Assembly: GCA_017303955.1 (NCBI GenBank)
Contig: JAFLBC010000021.1
Location: 15,810-79,809 of the forward strand
DNA from: Acidobacteriota bacterium
GTDB taxonomy: Bacteria; Acidobacteriota; Blastocatellia; Chloracidobacteriales; JADJPF01
Direction: 5' to 3'
Length of the DNA stretch: 64,000 bases
How positions within the stretch are numbered: position 1 is the stretch's first letter; every line of letters starts with the position of its first letter. This document shows positions 1 to 9,526 of this stretch, piece by piece. The position numbers and the translations under genes are program-made. Below the pieces are notes generated by a model that did not search any database, was not told the origin of the DNA, and was given only the letters and a program-made list of their open reading frames with translations.

Positions 1-144
1 AATCGTAGTATTCCTGACCCTATAGAAGCTTTAGTAATGAGAACTTTAGAAAAAGACCCAAACTTACGCCCAACAGCAAAAGAGCTAGGCGAAGAATTTC
101 TTAATATATTGATTGACCTTGAAACAAAATCTATGTTGCCTTAA
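1..144 (+). CDS. 3' end of a CDS running in from upstream; possibly the C-terminus of a Ser/Thr protein kinase
   Basis: Open frame from position 1 to TAA at 142-144 translates NRSIPDPIEALVMRTLEKDPNLRPTAKELGEEFLNILIDLETKSMLP. The '...L.KDP..RPTA.EL' stretch resembles kinase subdomain XI. Identification is weak. Confidence 0.35.
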   Translation, partial: NRSIPDPIEALVMRTLEKDPNLRPTAKELGEEFLNILIDLETKSMLP

Positions 145-213
145 ACACAAAAAATTAAAAGGCCAAATAAATTATTTATTTACCTGACCTTCAAAAAAAT
201 TAAGCTTTCTAAA

Positions 214-1002
214 CTATTTTGATAAAACCCCTAATTCTTTTAATGCTTGTTTAGTTAATTCTACTCGTGCTTTTGGAGGTACTATTTTACTATCAGAAAG
301 ATTAGTAGCAAAAACATAAGTATTTCCTTTTGTTTCAACAAAACCAACTAACCAACATAAAACATTATTTTCAGCTAAAAATCCTGTTCCAGTTTTAGCA
401 TAGATTTTATAGTCAGCAGTTTCTTCTAATAACATAATTTCTTTTAAGTTCTTTACTGTGTTTGAGGAAAAAGGCAATTGGTTTTTATATAATGCTGTAA
501 GAAATGTTATTTGTTCATTAATAGATATTTGCAGGCTGCTGTTTAACCAAAATTGGTCAATTCCACCAGAAATATCATGATTTCCATAATTAATTTTAGT
601 TAAGTAGTTAGACATTTTTTCTGGGCCAATTTTTTTAGCTAATTCCCGGTAGTACCAAAGAACAGAATGCTTAAAAGCAGAACGCAAACTATGATCTCGG
701 TTCCATTCTGAAGAAAAATTATTTTTTCTAGGGTATTTTTCCTCATCCCAAGTAGTGGTTAAATCTACATTTGTAACTACACTTGTTTCTAGACCTATTA
801 ATGAATTAGGAATCTTAAAAGTAGAAAAAGGGGAAAACCGCTCATTACAACGAGCTTCATTATAGCGTTGATAAGAGTTTTTCTGTAAATCATAAACAGC
901 AAATGCAGTTGTTTTGTTATGAAAAACCTTGCCTAAGTCTTGTGCAGTCGCTTGACCGCAAAAAAATAGTAGGAATACTAGTAAACCTAGTAATTTCATC
1001 AT
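214..1002 (-). CDS. Class D (OXA-type) beta-lactamase with signal peptide
   Basis: Signal peptide MMKLLGLLVFLLFFCGQATA. Active-site S-T-F-K (FSTFKIP), S-V-V, Y-G-N (INYGNHD) and K-T-G (YAKTGTG) motifs are in the canonical order and spacing of class D serine beta-lactamases. Confidence 0.85.
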   Translation of the reverse strand: MMKLLGLLVFLLFFCGQATAQDLGKVFHNKTTAFAVYDLQKNSYQRYNEARCNERFSPFSTFKIPNSLIGLETSVVTNVDLTTTWDEEKYPRKNNFSSEWNRDHSLRSAFKHSVLWYYRELAKKIGPEKMSNYLTKINYGNHDISGGIDQFWLNSSLQISINEQITFLTALYKNQLPFSSNTVKNLKEIMLLEETADYKIYAKTGTGFLAENNVLCWLVGFVETKGNTYVFATNLSDSKIVPPKARVELTKQALKELGVLSK

Positions 1003-1217
1003 TTGTTATTTACCTTTCTGATTATTAAATTTGAGGAGGCAAGCTTAAGCGATAGAAAGGAAATTTTATTAGAGGTGCTACCACAGTTTAGAATGTGGTA
1101 AAACATAAAATTTGACTGGGAAAGCAACGGTTAATAGATAGGATTAACAACAACTTTCATTTGTAAATATCACATATATGCTTAAAATTAATTTTTAAAC
1201 AAGTTCATATTTTTCTA

Positions 1218-2411
1218 TTACTTATCAGCAGAAGTTGTTACAACTATTCCTTCAATAACTTGGTTTGAAGGATGAGTTATAACTATTTGATTTTGCTTGA
1301 GGCCAGAAATAACTTCAGCCTCAGAATCTGTAATATGATCAATTTTTACAGCACATAATTTTGTTAGTTTGTTTTCTACTACAAATACATACCAATCATC
1401 ATCTTTTCTAAATAAAGCACTTATTGGTAGTTTTAAGACATTTTTCTTTTCCCAAATAACAATTTTAGCTTCTACTCTATAACCATCTCCCAAAGAATCA
1501 GGTATTTCTAATAGATCAGCTATTACATTTACTCGTTGTTCTTCAACACCTAAAGCAGAAATTTTTGTAAAAGCGGAAGGTTCAATTAATCTAACTTTGG
1601 CTTTTAAGGAACTTTTTCCTCCCCAACCTTCAATTATTACTGTTGCACCACATTTGATTTTTACTGCATCAGTTGAAAGTACATCAATAACAATTTCTAG
1701 TTTTTGACTGCTAATTTCTATTAATGGAGTTCCTGCACTAACTACACGTTCATTTTCTTCTATTATTTGTAAAACTTGTCCTTTAATAGGAGATTTAACA
1801 CTTACACTTTCAGTGTCAGCAGTTGAATTATTTTCTGATACTTTTAGCAGTGTAGCTTTAGCCATTTCAACTTCTGAACTAGCAGCATATGCCCGATATT
1901 TAGCTTCTGTTAATTCTTGAAAACACATTTGTTTATTGTTTTCAAGGCGTTCAAAATCTTGACGCGAGATAATCCCATTTTCTACCAAAGTTTTAGAGCG
2001 ATTAAATTCACGTTCTGCTTGTTCATAGTTAACAGTTAGCCGCTTAATAGTTGTATCAGCTTCTTTTTTTAATTCTTCTGCTTTAGACAAACGGGCTTTT
2101 GCTTCAGCTAACTGGCGTGAATCTAAAGGAATACTAGGAGTTGGAGTTATTTTAGCTATTATGTCATTAAGTAAAACTTGATCACCGCGACGAAGTTTTA
2201 CCCGTGAAAGTTTACCTGATACTGGTGCTGTAACTAAAAACCTATCTTGAACTCGTGTTTTACCCTCAGCCGTAATTACTACTTGCATTGGGCCACGACT
2301 TACTAAAGCAGTTTCTACCTTGAGTGGTTCGGTTTGAAACGCAAAAAAAACAAGAACACCTATTGCTAATATAAATAAAATTGAAAATAAATGTTTAAGT
2401 AGGTTTTTCAT
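1218..2411 (-). CDS. Efflux transporter periplasmic adaptor subunit (HlyD/MacA membrane-fusion family)
   Basis: N-terminal TM anchor, long coiled-coil hairpin region (AEAKARLSKAEELKKEADTTIKRL...), then lipoyl and beta-barrel regions typical of membrane fusion proteins. Lies in an operon with the FtsX-type permease and ABC ATPase downstream. Confidence 0.8.
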   Translation of the reverse strand: MKNLLKHLFSILFILAIGVLVFFAFQTEPLKVETALVSRGPMQVVITAEGKTRVQDRFLVTAPVSGKLSRVKLRRGDQVLLNDIIAKITPTPSIPLDSRQLAEAKARLSKAEELKKEADTTIKRLTVNYEQAEREFNRSKTLVENGIISRQDFERLENNKQMCFQELTEAKYRAYAASSEVEMAKATLLKVSENNSTADTESVSVKSPIKGQVLQIIEENERVVSAGTPLIEISSQKLEIVIDVLSTDAVKIKCGATVIIEGWGGKSSLKAKVRLIEPSAFTKISALGVEEQRVNVIADLLEIPDSLGDGYRVEAKIVIWEKKNVLKLPISALFRKDDDWYVFVVENKLTKLCAVKIDHITDSEAEVISGLKQNQIVITHPSNQVIEGIVVTTSADK

Positions 2412-2416
2412 GGCGT

Positions 2417-4780
2417 TTACTCCCTAGTTTTTAATACTTCAATTAAATCAAGTTGGTGCAACCGCCTTTGGACTATTATGCTTGAAACTAATGCTGCACA
2501 AATTGTGATAATAAAACTTACTGCTAAATTATAGCGACTAATGATCAAAGGTAGCCTTATCATTTCAGTATCTATTGCCGTTACAATTAAATGACAGAAA
2601 AAATAACCTAGCAAATAACCAGTAGGAATAGCTATAAATGTTAATAGCCATTGTTCACCTAATAGCATTGTACCTATTTCTGAAGTTGTAAAACCTAACA
2701 CTCTTAAGCTAGCTAGTTCTCTTCCTCGTTCAGATAAAGCAATTCGTGCACTGTTATAAACCATTCCTAAAACAATGGTACAAGCAAATGAAATAATAAT
2801 TGTGGTAGAAATTCCCATTGTTCGGGCAAGGGTGTCATTAAAATTATTTAGCACAACTTCTGGCACCATAACACTACTTACTGTTGGAATATTTTTAAGT
2901 TTTGCATAAAGTTGTTTTTTTTCTTTTCCATCTACTATTAAGCGTGCGCCATTAATTACTTCACCTTCATTTAACAGTTGATTTAAGCTATGCCTATTTA
3001 TATAAACTGATAATCCCAACACTTCATCAGCAACGGCTACAACAGTAATATTGCGTGTTAGTTTTTTCCCAACCAAAGTTTCAAACGTTAGTACATCATT
3101 TATTTTTACCTGCAAAATTTCTGCTAGCTTTTTGTTTATTACTATTCCATTAAGAGGTATCTCAACAACATTATTATTAGTTTCTGTAATTTGGTGTAGC
3201 TGATTGTTAGGATCTAGTCCTAATAATGCTACTCGTCGCGTTTTTTGACCAAAACGTAATCGTACCGGTACTGTGCGATAAGGTTCAACTCTCATTACTC
3301 CTGATAAACTAGCTAAATTATAAGCTGCTGTAATTGACCTAGGTTCAAAGAAAACTACATTGGCATCTTCACGCTGTGTTTTATCAAATTGAATATAAAT
3401 AATTTGAGTTATTGCATCATGAAAATAAAAACCTACAACTAATAATGACACAGACATTGCTATTCCAAACATAGTTAGTAAGGCTTTGAAAGGGTTTCGT
3501 TCAAGGTTGCGAATTATAGTTCTTGTAGATAAAGGCAATAGATTTTCTAATCCTAATTTTGCTAGCCAACCAGGACGAAATTGGGCTGGGGCCTCTGCTG
3601 ACATTGCTTCTGCTGGTGAAAGTCTAATAACTTTTTTTACTGCACTAATTGTTCCAATTGTAGTTGAAAGAAAGCTGATAGCAACAGCACTAGCAAAAAC
3701 TGCTAAATCAAATTTATACTGAAAAACAGGGAAGTGAAAAAACTCTGTATAAATCTCAGTAAGTTTATAGCCAAAATACCAACCTAAGCCCGCACCTAAA
3801 ATAATCCCAAAAGAAACTGCCAATAAACTTAATTTTAAGTAGTGAATAACTAAACTTATGTTTTTATAGCCAAAAGCTTTTAATACTGCGATTTGTTCAC
3901 GTTGTATTGCAACTAGTCGAGATAAAACCAAATGTATTAGAAAAGCTGAAACAGCTAAAAATAATGCTGGTGTTAGAGTTCCATTAACTTTAAGTTCTGC
4001 AATTTCATTTGAAACAAAATGATGTGATATTTGGTCTTCACGACCATATGCACCTAAACTACCATAGTTTTCTAATAATAAATCTAATTTTTCAATTACT
4101 GCTGTTTCGTTAGCTTGAGGAGATAAAGATAAAACAACATCATTAAATGCCCCCTGCATATTAAAAGCCGCACCTAAAGCTTGATCCCCCATCCAAATAA
4201 CTGCAAAACGTCGGCTATCTGGAAACATTTCTCCACCACGAATTTCATAAATAAATTCTGGAGAAAGTGCTAAACCAACAATATTTAATTTTGTCCATCG
4301 ACCATTAATAATTGCACTGATTGAATCGCCTGGCTTAAATTGATTTTTTTCTGCAAAAGCAACACTAATAATTACTTCATTACGATTATTAGGGCTAATC
4401 CAACGTCCAGATGTTAAATGTAAATCATTTAGAATAGGCACTTGTTTTTCTGGAATTGAAATTAATCTAGCTGAACCAGGTTCATTTAACCCAGGCACAT
4501 CCAGCGTTACTTCAGAAACAATTCGTGTTTGAACAGTAGCTACACCAGGTATTTGCTCTATTGATGATTTAATAGAGTCTGGAGCGCGTTTTACTTGCAC
4601 AAAAACATTAGCAAAACGATAGCTAGAATAATAAGTATCTTGTGTAATTAATAGCGATTGATAGATATTTCTTAAACAAATAAAAGCAGCAATTCCACAA
4701 GCTGCAACTAAAGTAATTGCAATTATTTGACCTCGCATATGTAATAAATCACGAATTAATTTGCGATTTAACATGCTCAT
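2417..4780 (-). CDS. ABC transporter permease, duplicated FtsX/MacB-like fold
   Basis: 787 aa. N-terminal TM helix, large periplasmic domain, 3-TM bundle, then a second periplasmic domain and a C-terminal 3-TM FtsX domain (…ARIALSERGRELASLRVLGFT…). Operonic with a MacB-type ATPase. Confidence 0.8.
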   Translation of the reverse strand: MSMLNRKLIRDLLHMRGQIIAITLVAACGIAAFICLRNIYQSLLITQDTYYSSYRFANVFVQVKRAPDSIKSSIEQIPGVATVQTRIVSEVTLDVPGLNEPGSARLISIPEKQVPILNDLHLTSGRWISPNNRNEVIISVAFAEKNQFKPGDSISAIINGRWTKLNIVGLALSPEFIYEIRGGEMFPDSRRFAVIWMGDQALGAAFNMQGAFNDVVLSLSPQANETAVIEKLDLLLENYGSLGAYGREDQISHHFVSNEIAELKVNGTLTPALFLAVSAFLIHLVLSRLVAIQREQIAVLKAFGYKNISLVIHYLKLSLLAVSFGIILGAGLGWYFGYKLTEIYTEFFHFPVFQYKFDLAVFASAVAISFLSTTIGTISAVKKVIRLSPAEAMSAEAPAQFRPGWLAKLGLENLLPLSTRTIIRNLERNPFKALLTMFGIAMSVSLLVVGFYFHDAITQIIYIQFDKTQREDANVVFFEPRSITAAYNLASLSGVMRVEPYRTVPVRLRFGQKTRRVALLGLDPNNQLHQITETNNNVVEIPLNGIVINKKLAEILQVKINDVLTFETLVGKKLTRNITVVAVADEVLGLSVYINRHSLNQLLNEGEVINGARLIVDGKEKKQLYAKLKNIPTVSSVMVPEVVLNNFNDTLARTMGISTTIIISFACTIVLGMVYNSARIALSERGRELASLRVLGFTTSEIGTMLLGEQWLLTFIAIPTGYLLGYFFCHLIVTAIDTEMIRLPLIISRYNLAVSFIITICAALVSSIIVQRRLHQLDLIEVLKTRE

Positions 4781-4786
4781 AAAAAC

Positions 4787-5578
4787 CTACCATTCTAGGT
4801 CTGCGGGTCTAGCTTTCTTTTGGTTATAGCTAATATCTACAATTTTGCCGCTACCTAATCGAATTACTCTATCAGCCATTGCTGCAATAGCCGCGTTATG
4901 GGTTATAACGGCTATTGTAGTGCCTAGCTGTTGATTAACTTGCTCTAATACCTCTAAAACTAACTTTCCTGTCTTAAAATCTAATGCTCCTGTTGGCTCA
5001 TCACAAAGCAGCACATCAGGTTGTTTAGCGATTGCTCTTGCAATAGCTACTCGTTGTTGTTCACCTCCAGACATTTGCGCTGGAAAATGGTTTAATCTAT
5101 CTCCTAAACCAACTAATTTAAGAGCTTCTTTTGGTTGCATAGGATGTAGTGATATTTCTGTTACTAACTGAACATTTTCTAAAGCTGTTAGGCTAGGAAT
5201 AAGGTTGTAAAATTGAAAAACAAACCCAATATGCTCCCGACGAAACCGCGTTAATTCACTTTCATTTGCTGTTACTAAATTATGATCACGAAAAATTACT
5301 TCTCCACTAGTAGGAGTGTCTAAACCACCTAAAATATTTAATAAAGTAGATTTACCACTTCCTGACGGGCCAAGTAAAACAACAAATTCTCCTTGAAAAA
5401 GCTCAAAATCTACTGAATTAAGTGCATAAACTTTTATTTCTCCCATTTGATAAGTTTTTGATAAGTTGTGGGCAGAAAATATTACTTCTTTAGAAAAAGA
5501 TCCGTGATTCCCTCTAAGAATGTTTTTTTCTACTAGTGTATTTGTAATCATTTGCCCACCTAATAAAATTAAAATCAA
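4787..5578 (-). CDS. ABC transporter ATP-binding protein (MacB/LolD-type)
   Basis: Walker [11 protein letters not shown]-loop, ABC signature [14 protein letters not shown], Walker [12 protein letters not shown] and H-loop ITHN. Confidence 0.9.
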   Translation of the reverse strand: MILILLGGQMITNTLVEKNILRGNHGSFSKEVIFSAHNLSKTYQMGEIKVYALNSVDFELFQGEFVVLLGPSGSGKSTLLNILGGLDTPTSGEVIFRDHNLVTANESELTRFRREHIGFVFQFYNLIPSLTALENVQLVTEISLHPMQPKEALKLVGLGDRLNHFPAQMSGGEQQRVAIARAIAKQPDVLLCDEPTGALDFKTGKLVLEVLEQVNQQLGTTIAVITHNAAIAAMADRVIRLGSGKIVDISYNQKKARPADLEW

Positions 5579-5792
5579 GTTTTTAATGCTTTTTATTGTG
5601 TCAAAATCCCCAAATTTAATTCTTAACCACCATTAATGCCATCTACTTATAAGTGCTACTCAATTTCTATGCCAAGTTTTTCAACTTAAAGCCAAAATAA
5701 ATTTTTTATGAGTTGATTTTGTGGTAACTTCCAAAACAACTTTTGCTAGAAAAACTAGAGTTCTAGTTTTAATTCTATTTTATGGAGATTTA

Positions 5793-8198
5793 ATGAGTGT
5801 AACCCCCTTAAAACCAGAGCAGTTATATCAACATTGTGATCCAGCAATTTTTCCTTTTAATACTAGCGATGAATTAGAAGAATTAATGGAAATTATTGGG
5901 CAAACTAGGGCAATAGAAGCAATAAGGTTTGGAATAAATATTAAACAAGAGGGTTATCACCTTTTTGCTTTAGGTTCTTCAGCAATAGCTAAACAATCTG
6001 TGATAAGACATTTTCTTACACAAAAAGCAAGCCAAGAAATAACCCCTTATGACTTATGTTATGTAAACAATTTTGAAAAACCAACTCACCCTAAACTCTT
6101 AACTTTGCCTCCAGGCAAAGGATTAGAACTACATAAAGACATAGTCCAATTAATAGAAGAGTTGTATGCTGACGTACTTGCTGCACTTAAAAGTGATGAA
6201 TATCGAAGCCGTAAATCAGCCATCAAGAAAAAACTCAAATCACAACAAGACAAAGCCTTCCAAGCTTTACAAAAACGCGCTAAAGCTAAATCTATTACTT
6301 TAATGCAAACTCCAGAAGGAGTAGTTTGTGTTCCAACTAAAAAAGGGCAAGTAATTACTCCAGAAGAATATGAAAAACTTTCGGAAAGTGAACGTGAAGA
6401 GATAGAAGAAAAAATAAAAATCTTTACAGAAGAATTTATAAATCTAACACATAAAGAACTACAATGGCAAAAAGAGACAAGAAAAAAGATAAAAGAGCTT
6501 AATAAAGCAATTATTTCATTAGCTGTAGGCAATTTAGTTGATGAACTTAAGAAAAAATATATAGATTTACCTGCTATTATTGATTATTTGTCAGCAATGC
6601 AAAAAGATATGATTGATAATTCAGGTGTTTTTCTAAGCAATGGTAAACCTTCAGAAAAAACTTTTTCCGTTAAAACAAGAGCCTCACAACATAAAAATTT
6701 ATCATTACTAGCTCGTTACCAAATAAATTTGCTAGTAGAACATAGCCAAAACCTAGGCGCACCAGTTATTTATGAAAATAACCCTACCTACCATAATTTA
6801 TTTGGTCAGATTGAACATAAAACCCATTTAGGGTCATTAGTAACAGATTTTAGTTTAATTAAAGCTGGTGCATTACAAAAAGCTAATGGAGGCTACTTGA
6901 TACTAGACGCAGACAAAGTTTTAACTCAACCTTATGCTTGGGAAGGTCTAAAACGAGCTTTATTTTCTAATATACTTAAAATAGAATCACTAGAACAAAT
7001 AGTAAGTTTAATTAGCACTGTTTCTTTAAGTCCAGAACCTATTACGCTAAAAATTAAAGTTGTATTATTAGGCGAAAGAGAACTTTATCACTTACTTTAT
7101 CAAGTAGATCCAGAATTTAAAGAACTATTCAAAGTAGCAGTAGATTTTAGCGAAACCATGAACCGCAGCCAAGAAACTCAACTTCTTTATGCCAAAATGA
7201 TTGCTAATTTAGGTCGAAAAGAAAATTTATTACCCTTTAATCGTCAAGCAGTTGCAAGGATAATAGAACAAAGTTCGCGTCTTGTTGGTAATTCAGAAAA
7301 ATTATCTACTCATATGAAAACAGTTTTAGATCTAATGAGAGAATCCGATTATTGGGCAAAAGAATTTGACAATAAAATTATTGGTATTAGAGATGTAGAA
7401 CAAGCCATAGAAAAGCAAATACAACGAGTTAATCAATTTCAAGAAATTTTACAAGAACAAATTAGCAAAGGGCTGCTTTTAATAGACACTCAAGGGGAAA
7501 AAATAGGTCAAATTAATGGTCTTTGTGTTGTCCAAATAGGCAATTTTTCCTTTGGTTATCCAACACGTATTACAACTTCTGTTCGTTTAGGAAAAGGTGA
7601 ATTTATTGATATTGAACGAGAAGTTGAATTAAGCGGCCCAATTCATTCTAAAGGTGTGCTGATATTAGCCGGGTTTCTAGGCTCTCGTTACGCGATTGAT
7701 AAACCTCTATCATTAAAAGCTAGTCTTGTTTTTGAGCAATCTTATAATTTAGTAGATGGTGACAGTGCTTCATCAGCAGAGCTTTATGCTTTGCTATCAG
7801 CCTTAGCCGATTTACCAATCAAACAATCTTTAGCCGTTACAGGTTCAATTAATCAACGTGGTCAAGTACAGGCTATAGGCGGAGTAAACGAAAAAATAGA
7901 AGGATTTTTTGATATATGCAACCAACGAGGATTAACCGGCCATCAAGGAGTTTTAATTCCATCATCTAATGTTAAAGATTTAATGCTAAAAAAAGAGGTA
8001 ATAGAAGCTGTAAGAAATAATCAATTTTATATTTATCCAGTAGAAAATATTGACCAAGGCATAGAACTTTTAACAAGCACAAAAGCAGGTGAAAGAGCCA
8101 TTGACGGCACTTTCCCAGAAGGAACCGTTAATTATAAAGTAGAGAAAAAGCTATTAGAGTTAGCAAAAAACCGCTTAGAATTTAGTAAAATTATGTAG
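5793..8198 (+). CDS. LonC-like (LonB-related) protease with degenerate ATPase motifs and a large coiled-coil insertion
   Basis: N-terminal LonB-family region (IIGQTRAIEAIRFGINI...GYHLFALGSSAIAKQS) in which the Walker A position is degenerate (GSSAIAKQS instead of GxxGxGK[ST]). Long charged coiled-coil insert (KSDEYRSRKSAIKKKLKSQQDKAF...EEIEEKIKIF). C-terminal Lon proteolytic domain with a Ser-Lys dyad context (DGDSASSAELYALLSAL...; ...NEKIEGFF). Start chosen at the ATG after GGAGA (MSVTPLKPEQL); the ORF opens at 5721. Confidence 0.7.
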   Translation: MSVTPLKPEQLYQHCDPAIFPFNTSDELEELMEIIGQTRAIEAIRFGINIKQEGYHLFALGSSAIAKQSVIRHFLTQKASQEITPYDLCYVNNFEKPTHPKLLTLPPGKGLELHKDIVQLIEELYADVLAALKSDEYRSRKSAIKKKLKSQQDKAFQALQKRAKAKSITLMQTPEGVVCVPTKKGQVITPEEYEKLSESEREEIEEKIKIFTEEFINLTHKELQWQKETRKKIKELNKAIISLAVGNLVDELKKKYIDLPAIIDYLSAMQKDMIDNSGVFLSNGKPSEKTFSVKTRASQHKNLSLLARYQINLLVEHSQNLGAPVIYENNPTYHNLFGQIEHKTHLGSLVTDFSLIKAGALQKANGGYLILDADKVLTQPYAWEGLKRALFSNILKIESLEQIVSLISTVSLSPEPITLKIKVVLLGERELYHLLYQVDPEFKELFKVAVDFSETMNRSQETQLLYAKMIANLGRKENLLPFNRQAVARIIEQSSRLVGNSEKLSTHMKTVLDLMRESDYWAKEFDNKIIGIRDVEQAIEKQIQRVNQFQEILQEQISKGLLLIDTQGEKIGQINGLCVVQIGNFSFGYPTRITTSVRLGKGEFIDIEREVELSGPIHSKGVLILAGFLGSRYAIDKPLSLKASLVFEQSYNLVDGDSASSAELYALLSALADLPIKQSLAVTGSINQRGQVQAIGGVNEKIEGFFDICNQRGLTGHQGVLIPSSNVKDLMLKKEVIEAVRNNQFYIYPVENIDQGIELLTSTKAGERAIDGTFPEGTVNYKVEKKLLELAKNRLEFSKIM

Positions 8199-8201
8199 AC
8201 T

Positions 8202-9488
8202 TTATAAGCTACTGTTACATTCTTTTAAAAAAGTAACAAAGTTTCTAGCTTGTTCAAAAATGTTCTCAACTTTTAGTGGATCAGGACGCATACCACAGTG
8301 CATTAAATCATTGCGAAGATCTATTGTTGACCATGCTTTATAAAAAGCATCGGTTTTGTCAATATTATTAATTTGTTCTATCATTAATATTGGTTTTACA
8401 AAGCTTTTCCCTTCTTCTTTCTTTTTCTTTTTTTCTTTTTTCCAATGATAGTAATTGTTAATACCGTCTTCTATTAGAGATCTATGATCTTTAGCTAAGT
8501 AATTATGCCATGGCTTTAGTCCAAGAGCCTCACTAGCCCAGGAAATTAACCATTCTCTTCCTAGAGACACAGCTTGCGAAATATGGTTATGATTTATATA
8601 CCATTCTATTAGTTTAAGTTGTGTTGTTAAGTCTGTGTTTTCAAAGTTTTTATATTCTTGTTGAATTCGATCAAATAAAACTAAGATTGGTTTAGCAGAG
8701 AGTTCAGCTTCTATTTTAGCTTTTTCATCATTTAAATTTTTTTCTAATCTTTCAACATTTTTACTTATTTCTATTGGGCGAACTAATAATAGACTTTTTG
8801 ATAAAGTGTCCAATATATTTCCTAGCTCTTTTAAAGATTTAGCAAGCGTTTTCTTACCTTCAATTTTTTGTTCTACAGGCAAATTTTTTAAATTTTCCAA
8901 TTGATTATCATGTGGAATTTTAATTAATTTTCCGATTTGGCTAGAATCACCTGTTTTAACAAACTGATCTGTTGCTGTAATCCAATCTAATAAATTAACA
9001 AATTCTGTTAAGTTGAAAGTAGGAGATAGATTATTATTTTTATCCCTTGCGTCAAAAGCACCATAAAGTAAATACTCAACATTGATGTTTTTAGCGACAC
9101 GTAAATATGAAATAGCTAGTAAAGATAAAAGAGGTAGAGAACGAAAACCATGTGTTATATCAAATACAAGTTCATCACTTTGTTCAATGTATTTTGTTAA
9201 TCTAGAAAATATTTGCCAAAGTTCTGTTTCATTACTACCACTAGGTATGTTAACTACAAAAGGTGTATAGTTAAATTTTGTTTCTAATAAACTTTTTAAT
9301 TCTTTCCAGTTATTGTGATTTTCTGCTTCTTCTGTCAATAATACTAAAACCTTTTCTGGTTTGAGCCAATTGGCAAGAGCCTCAGGAAAAAATTTTGTTT
9401 TATATTCTAACTTCTCTGATGCGTCTTTTTCCCAAAAATAATTTGTTTCTTGATAGTTACCTGTACCTAAAAATGTAATTAATTTCAT
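8202..9488 (-). CDS. csx1: CRISPR-associated CARF-HEPN ribonuclease, Csx1/Csm6 family
   Basis: N-terminus MKLITFLGTGNY resembles CARF-domain starts. C-terminal R-x4-H HEPN motif RNDLMHCG matches the Csx1 pattern (cf. RNVLAHAG). It is the last gene of the cmr operon. About 430 aa is typical Csx1 size. Confidence 0.7.
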   Translation of the reverse strand: MKLITFLGTGNYQETNYFWEKDASEKLEYKTKFFPEALANWLKPEKVLVLLTEEAENHNNWKELKSLLETKFNYTPFVVNIPSGSNETELWQIFSRLTKYIEQSDELVFDITHGFRSLPLLSLLAISYLRVAKNINVEYLLYGAFDARDKNNNLSPTFNLTEFVNLLDWITATDQFVKTGDSSQIGKLIKIPHDNQLENLKNLPVEQKIEGKKTLAKSLKELGNILDTLSKSLLLVRPIEISKNVERLEKNLNDEKAKIEAELSAKPILVLFDRIQQEYKNFENTDLTTQLKLIEWYINHNHISQAVSLGREWLISWASEALGLKPWHNYLAKDHRSLIEDGINNYYHWKKEKKKKKEEGKSFVKPILMIEQINNIDKTDAFYKAWSTIDLRNDLMHCGMRPDPLKVENIFEQARNFVTFLKECNSSL

Positions 9489-9526
9489 AAAATATACTCC
9501 AAAAATTTATAAATCATTTCAAATGT

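Noticed and set aside
3486-3722. 78-aa plus-strand ORF inside the FtsX permease gene
   Set aside because: Fully embedded antisense to a well-supported CDS. It is one of many antisense ORFs in the track and is judged spurious. Others of the same kind are 6086-6532, 9082-9270, 11044-11547, 12919-13251, 13350-13559, 14559-14750, 15819-16136, 20716-20928, 31828-32040, 32707-32916, 35041-35747, 36087-36405, 54299-54748 and 57372-57599.
8205-8240. Possible terminator hairpin (tgttac…gtaaca) between the Lon and csx1 genes
   Set aside because: The stem is only 6 bp with a 16-nt loop, and it lies inside the csx1 coding sequence. It is too weak to call.
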